The notes under the pieces were generated by a model, which saw only the letters and a program-made list of their open reading frames with translations, had not been told where the DNA came from and made no database searches. 64,000 bases of DNA from an uncultured delta proteobacterium (GTDB lineage: Bacteria; Myxococcota; Kuafuiibacteriia; Kuafuiibacteriales; Kuafuiibacteriaceae). The translations under genes and the position numbers were made by a program. The stretch lies in the NCBI GenBank assembly GCA_963803435.1, contig CAWDML010000005.1:96001-160000 (forward strand), read 5' to 3'. Below, piece by piece: positions 51,093 through 60,884 of the stretch; within the stretch, counting starts at the first letter, position 1, and each line of letters begins with the position of its first letter.

Positions 51093-52556
51093 ATGCGGCT
51101 TTCGCTGTCCTTATCGCTCCTCTCCGTCATGGCCTCCGGCACCGCGTACGCCGGCGGCTTCTACATCACGGACATCGGAGGGCGCGGCCTGGCGCGGGCA
51201 GGCGCGTTCGTCGCCAGCCCCGACGATCTGCTGGCGATCCACTACAACCCGGCGGGCCTGTCGCTCCTGAAGGGACTGCACGTCCAGGGCGACTTCCAGA
51301 TCGTCGACTACCACGCTGAGTTCGACCGGCACTGCCCGTGCAGCCCTGCAACCGCGGAGAACGCACAGGCGCAGGACGCCGCGCTGGAGCAGGCGTTTGC
51401 AGGCCATCCTGCAGAGTCAAAGACGCCGCTGTTCATCCCGTTCATCGGAATCGCGTACGGCCTCGACTTCCTCGACCTCACGATCGCGGTGGCGCTGTGG
51501 GGTCCCTCCAGCGGCCGCCACGACTACGGTGAGCTCCCGGACGCCGACAAGCCGTCCTTCCCGCAGCGCGCCGCCGAGCAGGTGAGCCGCTACAGCGCGC
51601 TGGAGGCGAAGAACCTGGAGGCCAACATCGCGCTCGGCATCTCCCTGTCGCCCTTCGAGGGCTTCCGGATCGGCGGCGACGCGATCATCTTTCAGAGCGG
51701 CGCCGACCAGACGCTCGATCTCTGGGCCAACCTCTCCAGCCTGGTCGGTGGACCGGAGGACCCGAACTTCGACGTCCCGATCGTCTTCAGCTTCAAGGAG
51801 GGTTTCGCGATCAACTGGGCGCTCGGCGTCAGCTACGATCTCCCCTTCCTCGACGGCCTCTCCATCGGCGCCTCTTTCCGCGGCAAGCGCGACATCCGGA
51901 CCAAGGGCACCATCGACGTCCAGCTCCCGACGTCGCTCGCAGCCGTCGCCTCGGTGACCGGCAACGAGGTCACCGTGGAGCTGAGCACCGCCCCGGTAGG
52001 GCGCGCCGGCATTCAGTACAAGCTGCCCCACGTGCTCACCGCCGAGGCCGCCTTCGTGTGGGAGGGCTGGTCGCGGCACGACACCATCGTGATCCGCCCC
52101 CAGAACATCCAGTTCAGCGTGGCGACGCAGCCCGATCCGATCGTGCTCGGCCAGATCGTGACGCCGCGCTACTGGCGCAACACCTGGTCGCTGCGGCTCG
52201 GCGGAGAGATCAACCTGCTCGAGCCGTACCTCGGCATCCGGGCCGGCTACTTCTACGAGCCCAGCGCGATCCCGCCGGAGCGCCTCGATCCCGCCCGCAT
52301 CGATCTGGACAAGCACGGCATCGGTCTCGGCGTCAGTACCACCTGGTACGGCTTCAAGCTCGAGGTGTCGGGCATGTTCATCGCGATGAAGGGCGTCGAC
52401 GTCTCGAACTCGCTCATCAAGCTCATCTCGCCCATCGAAGAGCTCGGCAACCCCGACTACGAGACGACGATCGGCAACGGCAAGTACAGCGGTCACTACT
52501 TCGTCCTGGGCGCAAGCCTCCAGTTCGCCCTGGATTCGCTGCTCGAGTCCAACTAA
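51093..52556 (+). CDS. fadL: FadL/OmpP1 long-chain fatty-acid outer-membrane transporter
   Basis: Signal peptide, GGF..RGLARAGAFVA..HYNPAGL. Confidence 0.88.
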   Translation: MRLSLSLSLLSVMASGTAYAGGFYITDIGGRGLARAGAFVASPDDLLAIHYNPAGLSLLKGLHVQGDFQIVDYHAEFDRHCPCSPATAENAQAQDAALEQAFAGHPAESKTPLFIPFIGIAYGLDFLDLTIAVALWGPSSGRHDYGELPDADKPSFPQRAAEQVSRYSALEAKNLEANIALGISLSPFEGFRIGGDAIIFQSGADQTLDLWANLSSLVGGPEDPNFDVPIVFSFKEGFAINWALGVSYDLPFLDGLSIGASFRGKRDIRTKGTIDVQLPTSLAAVASVTGNEVTVELSTAPVGRAGIQYKLPHVLTAEAAFVWEGWSRHDTIVIRPQNIQFSVATQPDPIVLGQIVTPRYWRNTWSLRLGGEINLLEPYLGIRAGYFYEPSAIPPERLDPARIDLDKHGIGLGVSTTWYGFKLEVSGMFIAMKGVDVSNSLIKLISPIEELGNPDYETTIGNGKYSGHYFVLGASLQFALDSLLESN

Positions 52557-52566
52557 CGATCCGACG

Positions 52567-53898
52567 ATGGAAGTCGGCGTCTACAACGAGGTCGGCTGGC
52601 TCCGAAAGGTGCTGGTGCATACGCCGGGCGAGGAGATCGTGCGGATGACCCAGCACGAGCTCGATCGCCTGCTGTTCGACGACATTCTTTCACCCGCCGA
52701 GGCCGTCCGCGAGCACGAGATCCTGGTCCAAGTGCTCGAAGGCACCGGCGCCCAGGTGATCCAGTTCGCCGATCTCCTCCAGCGCGCCCTCGAGCAGGCG
52801 CCCCGAGCGGCGCTCGAGGCGATGCTCGGCCAGGTCGCCGAGCTCGCCGGCTCCAGCCAGCTCAGCGAGCTGCTCGCCGGCTGGCCCCCTCCGCAGCTCA
52901 CCGAGGGCCTCATCTCCGGCGTGTACTGGCACCAGCTCCAGGGACGCCGGTCGCTCGCGCGCATCCGCGCCGGCGTCTTCGGGACCGACACCATGGCGCT
53001 GTGGCCGGTGCCGAACCTGATGTTCATGCGCGACCCGTGCATGGCGGTGTTCGACGGCGTGGTGGTCGGCCGCATGGCGACCGAGGCGCGCGAGCGTGAG
53101 GCGCTCCTGGTCGCGTTCGCGCTGACCCACGGCTCGGCGGCCGGCGAGCCGCCGACAAAGCTGCTGTTCAACGAGCCCGACATCCGGCGTCATCGCTCGT
53201 TCCGCAAGCTCGAGGGCGGCGACGTCCTGGTGCTCTCGCCGAAGACCCTGCTCATCGGCTGCTCAGAGCGCACGAGCCCGCAGACGCTCGAGCGGCTCGC
53301 GCACGAGGCCCTCTTTCCCGCGGAGCCCGACCTCGCCAGCGTCTACGCGGTCCTCATGCCCGAGGGCCGCTCGGTGATGCACCTCGACACGATCCTCACG
53401 CAGCTCGACACGCACATCTTCCTCGGACATCGACCGCTGATCGAAGGCGTCCGGGACGGTGGTCGTTCCGGGAAGGCAGACCACGCGCCGGCCGCCATCG
53501 CGCGCCTCACCCGCGACCGCCCGCCCGAGCTGATCGAGCACGCCAGCGCCCTGGACGTGCTGCGCGAGGAGCTCGGCCGCTCGGTCGAGCTGGTGCCGTG
53601 CGGCGGCGACGATCCGCTCTATCAGGAGCGGGAGCAGTGGACCGACGGCGCCAACGCGGTCTGCCTGGCGCCGGGGCGGATCCTCCTCTACAGCCGCAAC
53701 GTCCGTACCATCGCCACGCTGGCGCGACACGGCTTCGAAGAGGTGAGGCTCTCGGTCGTCCAGCCGCCCGAGCAGCGCGCCGAGCTGATCGCCGAGGGGA
53801 TGAAGAAGGCGCGGGTGGTGTTCAGCTTCTCAGGGAGCGAGCTCAGCCGCGCCCGCGGCGGCGGTCGCTGCCTCACGATGCCGCTGCTGCGGCAGTGA
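52567..53898 (+). CDS. arcA: Arginine deiminase
   Basis: EVGWLRKVLVHTPG, LLFDDIL, PNLMFMRD, EGGD, MHLDT, GGGRCLTMPL. Confidence 0.9.
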   Translation: MEVGVYNEVGWLRKVLVHTPGEEIVRMTQHELDRLLFDDILSPAEAVREHEILVQVLEGTGAQVIQFADLLQRALEQAPRAALEAMLGQVAELAGSSQLSELLAGWPPPQLTEGLISGVYWHQLQGRRSLARIRAGVFGTDTMALWPVPNLMFMRDPCMAVFDGVVVGRMATEAREREALLVAFALTHGSAAGEPPTKLLFNEPDIRRHRSFRKLEGGDVLVLSPKTLLIGCSERTSPQTLERLAHEALFPAEPDLASVYAVLMPEGRSVMHLDTILTQLDTHIFLGHRPLIEGVRDGGRSGKADHAPAAIARLTRDRPPELIEHASALDVLREELGRSVELVPCGGDDPLYQEREQWTDGANAVCLAPGRILLYSRNVRTIATLARHGFEEVRLSVVQPPEQRAELIAEGMKKARVVFSFSGSELSRARGGGRCLTMPLLRQ

Positions 53899-55803
53899 TC
53901 AGCCGTCGATCAGCGTGAAGCTGAAGCTCGCGCCCGGTCCGCCGACCGCGGAGACAAACCGGTCGATCTGGTCCGGCGGAAGGTTCTGACATCCGATCGA
54001 GCTCGGGCTACCCCAGAGGCCCACGTGAAACAGGATCTCGGAGACGCGATCACCGCGTCTCTTCGAGGCGCTCTTTTCGGCGCCGGAGTAGCGCCCGTCG
54101 TGATTCGTGTCCCGGAAGCCGGGGATCGCGTCCGAGCCCGTCGTCCGCGAGACGACGTGATAGCTCGGCTTGCCCTTGTGCGGACCGTTCGCGACCACGC
54201 GGTAGCTGCCGGGCCGGAGCATGCCGACGTCGCCCACGCCGTCGCCGTTGACGTCCGGTGACAGGCTGGAGCTGCTCTGACCGGGGTGCGTGGATCCCGT
54301 GAACATTCGAACCTTGTGATTCGCGGTGAGCACGATGAACCGGTCGCCGTAGCGCGTCGAGGCGCCGCCGACGTGCCGGATCCCCAGCACGGTCGGCTGG
54401 CCGCCCGGGTTCACGGCTCCCCCGTGGGCGAGGACCACCTTCGCATAGTGGTCCCACTGGCGCCGCATCTTGCTCTTCGGATGGAGCATCCTGCCCAGCA
54501 CCGCGCCCACGCCGTCGGCCTTGGCCATCTTGAAGTCGTGGCGCGCCTCATCGGCGGCGCTCTCGGTCTTCGGAGTGTAGATCCCGTCGACCGGACCGGG
54601 ATGGTACCCGTCGTCGCGGAGATGCTCCTCGGTGATCAGCACGTCGTGCGATCGCTCGTTGAGGTCCTGCTTCGGCGTGTACGCCCCGGTCGCCGGCATT
54701 CTGGCCTCTTGGAGCTGGATCCAGGTGTCGCGGTCGACGCGGCCGGTCGGGGTGAGGCCGACGCTCTCCTGGAACGCCTTCACCATGCCCTCGGTGCGGT
54801 CGTCGTAGACACCGTCGGCGCGCTTGGGATCGAAGCCGGCGTCGCGTAGATAGCGCTGCACGTTCGCGACCGCGGACTTGTTGGTCGCGCCCAGACCGAG
54901 CCCCTTCACGCCGTTGCGATCCGGCTTCGTGGTCGCGCGCAGCGTCGCCGCGTTCGCGCTCTGCTGCCTCTTCGTCAGTCGCGCGCGCGTATGATACGCG
55001 GGGTGCGCGGTCGCCTGGACCTCGCGGCGAAGAACGGCGCGCGCCTTCTTGGTCAGCATCGGGGTGCGGCCCTTCAACTCCGGCTGATCCCGCTCGAAGG
55101 CGACCGTCGCCCGGCCGGTCTCGGGACCGAAGATCCCGTCGGTGGGGCACACGTATCCCAAATGGTTGAGGAATCTCTGAGCCTCCAGGACGTGCGGGCC
55201 CGCCTGTCCCGGCCCGAGCGATCCGGACAGCCGCTCGAGACGGCTCTCGACCTTGGCGAGCTCCTGCATCGTTCTCCGATCGAGCTCGCCGGTGGGATCG
55301 AGGCCGACCGCCTGCTGGAACTGCGCGAGCGCGAGCGCGGTGTTCGCGGTCGCGTCGCCGTCCGCCTTCCCAGGATGGAAGCCGGCACGCATGAGGATCT
55401 TCTCGGCGCGCTTGATATCGCGCTTGCTCGCGATCTGCTCCGTCGTCACGGCAGCGCTCGTCGCCGCCCTCACGCTGTACAGGGGCGAGGCTTCACCGCC
55501 GGGATCTGGGAGCTTGAGCCAGGGGGGCAGGGCGGTCTGGATGCCCATCGATTCGGCGCTGCGAACGATCGCATGGTCGTTGTTCGCTGCCTTGGTGGGT
55601 GGAGCGCCTGAAGACGTGGGGTGGGCGGCGACGGCGACGCCGGTTGCCGTGAGGCCCAACCCGGCGGCAGCACCGCCTGCGATCCGGGCTCCGCGCGGCA
55701 GGTCGAAGAACAAGCGCTTCGACCTCGAGGTGTCGTTGAAGCGCTCGACCTCGCTGGGATCCGGCAGCTCGGGTGTCGAACCGACACGTGAAATCCGTCG
55801 CAT
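53899..55803 (-). CDS. Multi-peptidoglycan-binding-domain protein with C-terminal L,D-transpeptidase-like domain
   Basis: Several DG.FG..T..A..FQ...L..TG PG-binding repeats; ILFHVG..SSIGCQ catalytic-like motif. Confidence 0.75.
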   Translation of the reverse strand: MRRISRVGSTPELPDPSEVERFNDTSRSKRLFFDLPRGARIAGGAAAGLGLTATGVAVAAHPTSSGAPPTKAANNDHAIVRSAESMGIQTALPPWLKLPDPGGEASPLYSVRAATSAAVTTEQIASKRDIKRAEKILMRAGFHPGKADGDATANTALALAQFQQAVGLDPTGELDRRTMQELAKVESRLERLSGSLGPGQAGPHVLEAQRFLNHLGYVCPTDGIFGPETGRATVAFERDQPELKGRTPMLTKKARAVLRREVQATAHPAYHTRARLTKRQQSANAATLRATTKPDRNGVKGLGLGATNKSAVANVQRYLRDAGFDPKRADGVYDDRTEGMVKAFQESVGLTPTGRVDRDTWIQLQEARMPATGAYTPKQDLNERSHDVLITEEHLRDDGYHPGPVDGIYTPKTESAADEARHDFKMAKADGVGAVLGRMLHPKSKMRRQWDHYAKVVLAHGGAVNPGGQPTVLGIRHVGGASTRYGDRFIVLTANHKVRMFTGSTHPGQSSSSLSPDVNGDGVGDVGMLRPGSYRVVANGPHKGKPSYHVVSRTTGSDAIPGFRDTNHDGRYSGAEKSASKRRGDRVSEILFHVGLWGSPSSIGCQNLPPDQIDRFVSAVGGPGASFSFTLIDG

Positions 55804-55910
55804 GGCTAACGCGTGTATCGGCCCACAGAAGCTTCGGCCCGCGCTAATTCGGTGGGCCGTTCGCACGACGGAATGGACCCGTGTTCCTGTCAGTCCACGG
55901 TGGATCGAGA

Positions 55911-56522
55911 TCAGTTCTCAGGCGCGCCGTCGGCAATCCAGCGCCGGATCGTCTCGATGTCGCAGGCGGTCAGCGGTGCGGTCGGCGGCATCGGACCGCC
56001 GTTCCCGCGCGGGTTTCGCTGCGCGACGATCACGTACAACCGCGACTGCGCCGGGTCGCCGGGGACCACGAGCTTTCGCTCGGGCGCGTTGGGGTCCACG
56101 GTGTCGCCCAGGAGCGCGAGGCGAAGGCTCGCCAAAGGAATCGTGAGGTTGATGCCGCCGGCGGCGCTGGCGCCGTGGCAGGCGGCCTGGTCGCAGCTCG
56201 GCTGACCGTTGGCGCCGAAGATGCGCGTCTGGATCTTGCTCAGCTCTGGCGGCACCGCGCAGACCGGTCCGGCGTCGACCTCGGCGGCGTCCGGCGGCTC
56301 CTCGAGGCCGGCGTCGTCGATCGCAGCGTCGACCTCGGTCCCGGCGTCCTCCGCCGGCGGCCGTCCCGCGTCGGGCACGGGCATCGCGCACTTCCCGTCG
56401 ATGCAGGCGAGGCCGGGGAGGCAGTTGCTGTCGTTCGGGCAGGCGTATCCGACGGTCCCGGTCGGGATGTCGTTCGCGCATCCCAGAGCGAGGGCGAGGA
56501 GAACGAGGGCACGGCGCGGCAC
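55911..56522 (-). CDS. Lipoprotein with putative c-type cytochrome domain (CxxxxCH)
   Basis: Lipobox LALGC, Cys-rich module, CDQAACH, VVPGDP..S.L, MPP, IRRWIADGA. Confidence 0.65.
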   Translation of the reverse strand: MPRRALVLLALALGCANDIPTGTVGYACPNDSNCLPGLACIDGKCAMPVPDAGRPPAEDAGTEVDAAIDDAGLEEPPDAAEVDAGPVCAVPPELSKIQTRIFGANGQPSCDQAACHGASAAGGINLTIPLASLRLALLGDTVDPNAPERKLVVPGDPAQSRLYVIVAQRNPRGNGGPMPPTAPLTACDIETIRRWIADGAPEN

Positions 56523-56575
56523 GCTGTCCGAGAGTGACCGGGCGCGCTGCACCCGGCAAGTGGGACCGGCACGAA

Positions 56576-58963
56576 TCAGTCCTTGGGGTGGGAGGCGATC
56601 AGGGAGGTGATGCTCTCGCGGAATCGGAGATCCGCGGGCGTCTCGTCCCGGTCGTCATAACGTTTCTCGAGGCGGTCGGCGGTGATGAGGAGGGCGGGGA
56701 GCAGGAGAAGATCGAGCGCGACCGCGTAGCCCACCATGATCGCCGAGAGCATGCCGATCCGGAAGGTCGGCTTGAACGACGAGAGGCAGAGCACCGAGAA
56801 CCCGACCGCCAGTAGCAGGGAGGTCATCACGACCGGGAAGCCCGCATGCGTGATCGCGTACTGGACGGCCGCGGCGGGGGTCGGTGAGCCCTCCTCTCGA
56901 GCACGCTGGTAGCGCGTGGCCAGGTGGATCGTGTGGTCGACGGCCACCGCGATCCCGAGGCAGACGATCATGGCGCTGTTGGTGTCGAGCTCGAGCCGGA
57001 GCGCCGCCATGGTTCCGAAGGTGAGGCCGACGATCAGGATGATCGGAATCATCGCGGCGCCGGCCATGGCCGGGCTGCGGAGCGCGATCATCAACGCGAC
57101 AAAGATCAGGACGACCGCGATCGAGAAGCTCGAGAAGGCCTCGTCGATCAGGCGCGTGACGATCCCCGCGAAGAGGATCGGGAGGCCGGTGAAGTGCGCC
57201 GACAGGCCCGAGCCGGCCAGGACACGCTCGGCCTCGCTGCGGGCCGAACGCTCGAGGGCCAGGACCTCCTCGGTCGACATCGAGTGGACCTGCATCGTGA
57301 TCCGCGCCTGGTTCAGCTCCGGGTTGGTCAGCGTCGAGAAGGCGGTGGGATCGAGGAGCGCGAGCTGCGCGATCGCCTCCTCGGACTCGGGGAGCGGCCC
57401 GTTGAGATCGGCCGGATTGCCCCGGACGACCGAGTGCGTCAGCCGAACGTAGTCCGAGAGGCTGAAGACGCGGGAGACCCCCTCGAAGCGCCGCAGGCGC
57501 TGGGAGAGCAGATCGATCTTCGCGAGGCCGGCCGGTTTTTTGAAGGCGTCCTCGTCCGGTGCGTTCACGAGGACGTCGATGACGTCGACGCCGCCGAGCG
57601 TCCGTTCGATGACGGCGAGATCGCGACGGACGCGCTGATCGCTGTCGAGATACCGGACGAAGTTGGAGTCGATCGCGAGGTGCGCGGTGGCCGCCACGCA
57701 GCAGCCGAACACCAGCCCGGCCACTCCCACGGTCACCAGGAGGTGCCGGTGCCCCATCACGGCGAAGCGCCGCATGGCCCGGCCGAGGAGCGGCGCGGCC
57801 GGGAACGCCCGCACCTTGGCGCGCGGATATCGCAGCACCATCACCATCAGCGGCGTGAGCAGCATCGAGCTGACGTACGCGACCACCAGGCCGATCGCGG
57901 TGGCGTACCCGAACTGCCGCAGCGGCCCGACGCGGCTCGACATCAGCGCCAGAAAGCCGACCGAAGAGGTGACCGCAGTCAGGAGGCTCGGCAGCGCGAC
58001 CGCCTCCACGGTGGCCAGCACCGACGCTCTCCGATCGCCCTTGCGGGCGAACTGTCGCTTGAGCTCGGCCAGGAAGTGGACGCAGTCGGCGAGCCCGACC
58101 ACCAGGATGATGGTGGGGACCATCGCGGTCGCCATGTTGAGGGGTGTGCCGGCGAACGCGAGCATCCCCACGACGGCCACCGCCGAGTAGCCGACCACCG
58201 CCAGCGGGATGAGGCCGGCGATCAGGTCGTTGAAGCTGATCCAGAGGAGCACGGCCAGCAGGATCAGGGCCGCCGGGAAGAAGAGGAGGATGTCGTGCCG
58301 AACCCCCGCTGCGATCGCCTCGCGGGTCACCGGCGTTCCGGCGAGGTGGACGGAGCGATGCTTCGAGGCGAAGCGGTCGACCTCTTCCCGGACGTCACGG
58401 ACCACCGCGAGACGCGCCGCCGGATTGGTCTCAGGGGCGAGCTGGACGAAGATGAACGTGGTCTCGTGGCGGCTGTCCACCAGGACCTGGCTGTAGACGG
58501 GGTGGCTCTGGATCTTGGTGCCCAGCTCGATCGCCACCGACTGCGTGATCGGATCGTGCGGCAGCAGCGGGCGGAGATCGACGACGTCCTTGTCCTTGCC
58601 CAGCGCCGTCGCGCTCGCGATCGAGAGGACGCGCTCGACGTACTTCTTGTCGCTGAGCACGCGATCGAGCTCGGCGACGGCGCTGACCGTCTCGACGTCG
58701 AAGACGGTGCCCCCCGGCTCGCGGAACGCGATCACGATCGTCTCGCCAATCTCGTACTCGCGATCGACCTTCTGGTATTGGAGCCATCCGGGATCGCGGT
58801 CGAGGTACGATTCGGGGCTCGGATCGATCCGCACCGCGGTGGCGCCGCCGAACGCGACGGCGATCGTGAAGGCCGCGATCAGCCCGGTGGCACCCGGATG
58901 ATCCATGCACCACCGCGACGCTCTTCCGATTTGCTTCGCGTACTCTTGACCCGAAAACGTCAC
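56576..58963 (-). CDS. MMPL/RND-family transporter
   Basis: Two TM bundles with GLADCVHF and AVAVDHTIH motifs. Confidence 0.9.
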   Translation of the reverse strand: MTFSGQEYAKQIGRASRWCMDHPGATGLIAAFTIAVAFGGATAVRIDPSPESYLDRDPGWLQYQKVDREYEIGETIVIAFREPGGTVFDVETVSAVAELDRVLSDKKYVERVLSIASATALGKDKDVVDLRPLLPHDPITQSVAIELGTKIQSHPVYSQVLVDSRHETTFIFVQLAPETNPAARLAVVRDVREEVDRFASKHRSVHLAGTPVTREAIAAGVRHDILLFFPAALILLAVLLWISFNDLIAGLIPLAVVGYSAVAVVGMLAFAGTPLNMATAMVPTIILVVGLADCVHFLAELKRQFARKGDRRASVLATVEAVALPSLLTAVTSSVGFLALMSSRVGPLRQFGYATAIGLVVAYVSSMLLTPLMVMVLRYPRAKVRAFPAAPLLGRAMRRFAVMGHRHLLVTVGVAGLVFGCCVAATAHLAIDSNFVRYLDSDQRVRRDLAVIERTLGGVDVIDVLVNAPDEDAFKKPAGLAKIDLLSQRLRRFEGVSRVFSLSDYVRLTHSVVRGNPADLNGPLPESEEAIAQLALLDPTAFSTLTNPELNQARITMQVHSMSTEEVLALERSARSEAERVLAGSGLSAHFTGLPILFAGIVTRLIDEAFSSFSIAVVLIFVALMIALRSPAMAGAAMIPIILIVGLTFGTMAALRLELDTNSAMIVCLGIAVAVDHTIHLATRYQRAREEGSPTPAAAVQYAITHAGFPVVMTSLLLAVGFSVLCLSSFKPTFRIGMLSAIMVGYAVALDLLLLPALLITADRLEKRYDDRDETPADLRFRESITSLIASHPKD

Positions 58964-59093
58964 AGCTCAGCCGGGGCGAAAAAAGCGCCCCATTGTCGTC
59001 CTGTGCATCGTTGGCGAAACGGACGTTGGGAGGCTAGACGCGCGTTCAGCGTGGCCCGATCCGGTGGTAACCTACGACAAAGCCCGGGCGGCC

Positions 59094-60428
59094 TCAGGCC
59101 TTCTTCTTCCGGAACTGCACCCGGACCGGCCGCGGCTCGCGCTCGGCATAGGGAATGGCGAGCTGGACGATGCCGATCACCATGGGCGCGAGGCCGGCCA
59201 GCCGGCCGACACCCTCGAGTGTGACGAACCAGAAGATCGCAACCACGATGGCATAGACCGACCAGAGCTTGGTGCCGAACGCCTTGCCCTCCTTGCGAGC
59301 ACGGGCCCGCGCGCGGGCCGCCAGCCACAGCAGGAACCAGGACTCGGGCGTGTAGATGAGCGGCGTGAGGCCGAGGAGGATGCAGAGGAAGACGTCGGTG
59401 CCGCTGGCGCGGTGATCGGTGCCGGGAATGAGGACCGCGTCGTCGGCGGCGACGAAGCCCAGATCGACCAGCGACTCGCGCCCGCGCTCGTAGGAGGCGC
59501 GGACGAGGAACGACTTCTCCGGGATGGCCACGTCGCTCTCGTTCAGCTCGAACGCGATCGTGCCGTCGGGATCGAGCGGCTGCGAGTAGGTGGCGACGAA
59601 CGAGGAGCGCTGTTTCGGGTGCATCTCCCACGAGCGCGTGTCCCAGACCGTGCGGAGGGTCGACGGTGCGAGGGGCGTGTCGCCCAGCAGGTAGAAGGAG
59701 GCCGGCGGCGTGCGGAGCCATGGATAGTCGAGCCCCATCTGTGGATAGATCGGCGAGGGCGCCGTGAAGTCGTAGCGGATCGGTCCGAGCCGGGCGCGCT
59801 GGCCGTCGGTGGGCGCCGGATCGGTGACCGCGACGCCGACGATCTGCCAATCGCGGTTGAGATAGCGGGCGATCTCGCGCTTCTGGTCGTCGTCCATCGT
59901 CAGGTCCTGCTCGACCAGCCAGCGGGCGAGTCCCTCCGGCAGCTGGAGCTCGAACGTGATCGTGGAGGTGGTGACGCGGCCGCCGAATACGCGCGGATCC
60001 TCGAAAACGGTGTCTCGCTGCGGCTCGGGCGTGTCCTCTTCCGGCGGCATTCGATCGGCCAGGCGATGCGTCAGCACGGTCACGACCGACGGTCCGAAGA
60101 GGTTCCCGCGGATCTGCTCGTTGAAGGGCTCCTCGACCACGGTGTTCTTCTCGAGGGCCTCAAACAAGGCCGCGCGTCCGCCCTGGACCTGGGGCGTCAC
60201 CGGGAAGGCGCGGAACCACAGGAAGCGCGGCGCCGTCGAGGTGATCTCGACGCTCTCGATCAGGGTCTCGTGCATGCCGTGGTGAACGACGATCACCCGG
60301 CGCGCCAGCGGGACGACGCTCTCACCTCTTCTCGCGACGAAGAGATCCGCGTTCGCCGTGGCGGGCAACGACAGCACCGAGAGCGCCGCGAGGACGAACG
60401 TGGGTCCCGAGCGTGGCAATTTGGACAA
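59094..60428 (-). CDS. DUF2330-like exported protein with C-terminal TM helices (start uncertain)
   Basis: Signal ANA, RVIVVH..ETLI..FLW..P pattern; several C-terminal TMs. Confidence 0.6.
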   Translation of the reverse strand: MSKLPRSGPTFVLAALSVLSLPATANADLFVARRGESVVPLARRVIVVHHGMHETLIESVEITSTAPRFLWFRAFPVTPQVQGGRAALFEALEKNTVVEEPFNEQIRGNLFGPSVVTVLTHRLADRMPPEEDTPEPQRDTVFEDPRVFGGRVTTSTITFELQLPEGLARWLVEQDLTMDDDQKREIARYLNRDWQIVGVAVTDPAPTDGQRARLGPIRYDFTAPSPIYPQMGLDYPWLRTPPASFYLLGDTPLAPSTLRTVWDTRSWEMHPKQRSSFVATYSQPLDPDGTIAFELNESDVAIPEKSFLVRASYERGRESLVDLGFVAADDAVLIPGTDHRASGTDVFLCILLGLTPLIYTPESWFLLWLAARARARARKEGKAFGTKLWSVYAIVVAIFWFVTLEGVGRLAGLAPMVIGIVQLAIPYAEREPRPVRVQFRKKKA

Positions 60429-60632
60429 AGCTAGCCCCACCAGGACTTGGGGTCCAAAAAGGGATGGAGTCTCATTCGCGGGTAAACCCATCTTATCCCG
60501 ATGCGCCGCCGTTCCGATACCTGGGTAGGCAGCGACCCACCAGGTGAGGAAGGCGCGCGTTTCGTCCAACTCCCCCGGGCAGGGAAGATGTCTTCACAGG
60601 CGCAAGTTGGAATCAGTGAGGGCGACGGTCAG

Positions 60633-60884
60633 ATGGATGCATTGAGCGAGATGAACCCCGAGGGGCCGGAGGAGGGCTGGCCGGTGCAGCGACTCCGGAT
60701 GGGGTGGGCGCTCGTGCTGTTCTTCGTCTTCGAGATTCTGATCGGTCGCAGCCTCCCGCAGATCATGCCGATTCTCGCCCTCGCCATCGGTGTTGTCTGT
60801 CTTGCGTCGGCGATGATGACGATCCGCGAGCGCCGGCTCGACGCCCGGATCGCGGAGCGCGTCGACGCGCTCGATCGCAGCTAG
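60633..60884 (+). CDS. Small two-TM hypothetical protein
   Basis: Two hydrophobic helices; TAG stop at the IS insertion site. Confidence 0.55.
   Translation: MDALSEMNPEGPEEGWPVQRLRMGWALVLFFVFEILIGRSLPQIMPILALAIGVVCLASAMMTIRERRLDARIAERVDALDRS

Noticed and set aside
58972-58990. GGGGCG-AAAAAAG-CGCCCC hairpin as a terminator or riboswitch
   Set aside because: Short stem with no following U-tract and no recognisable riboswitch consensus
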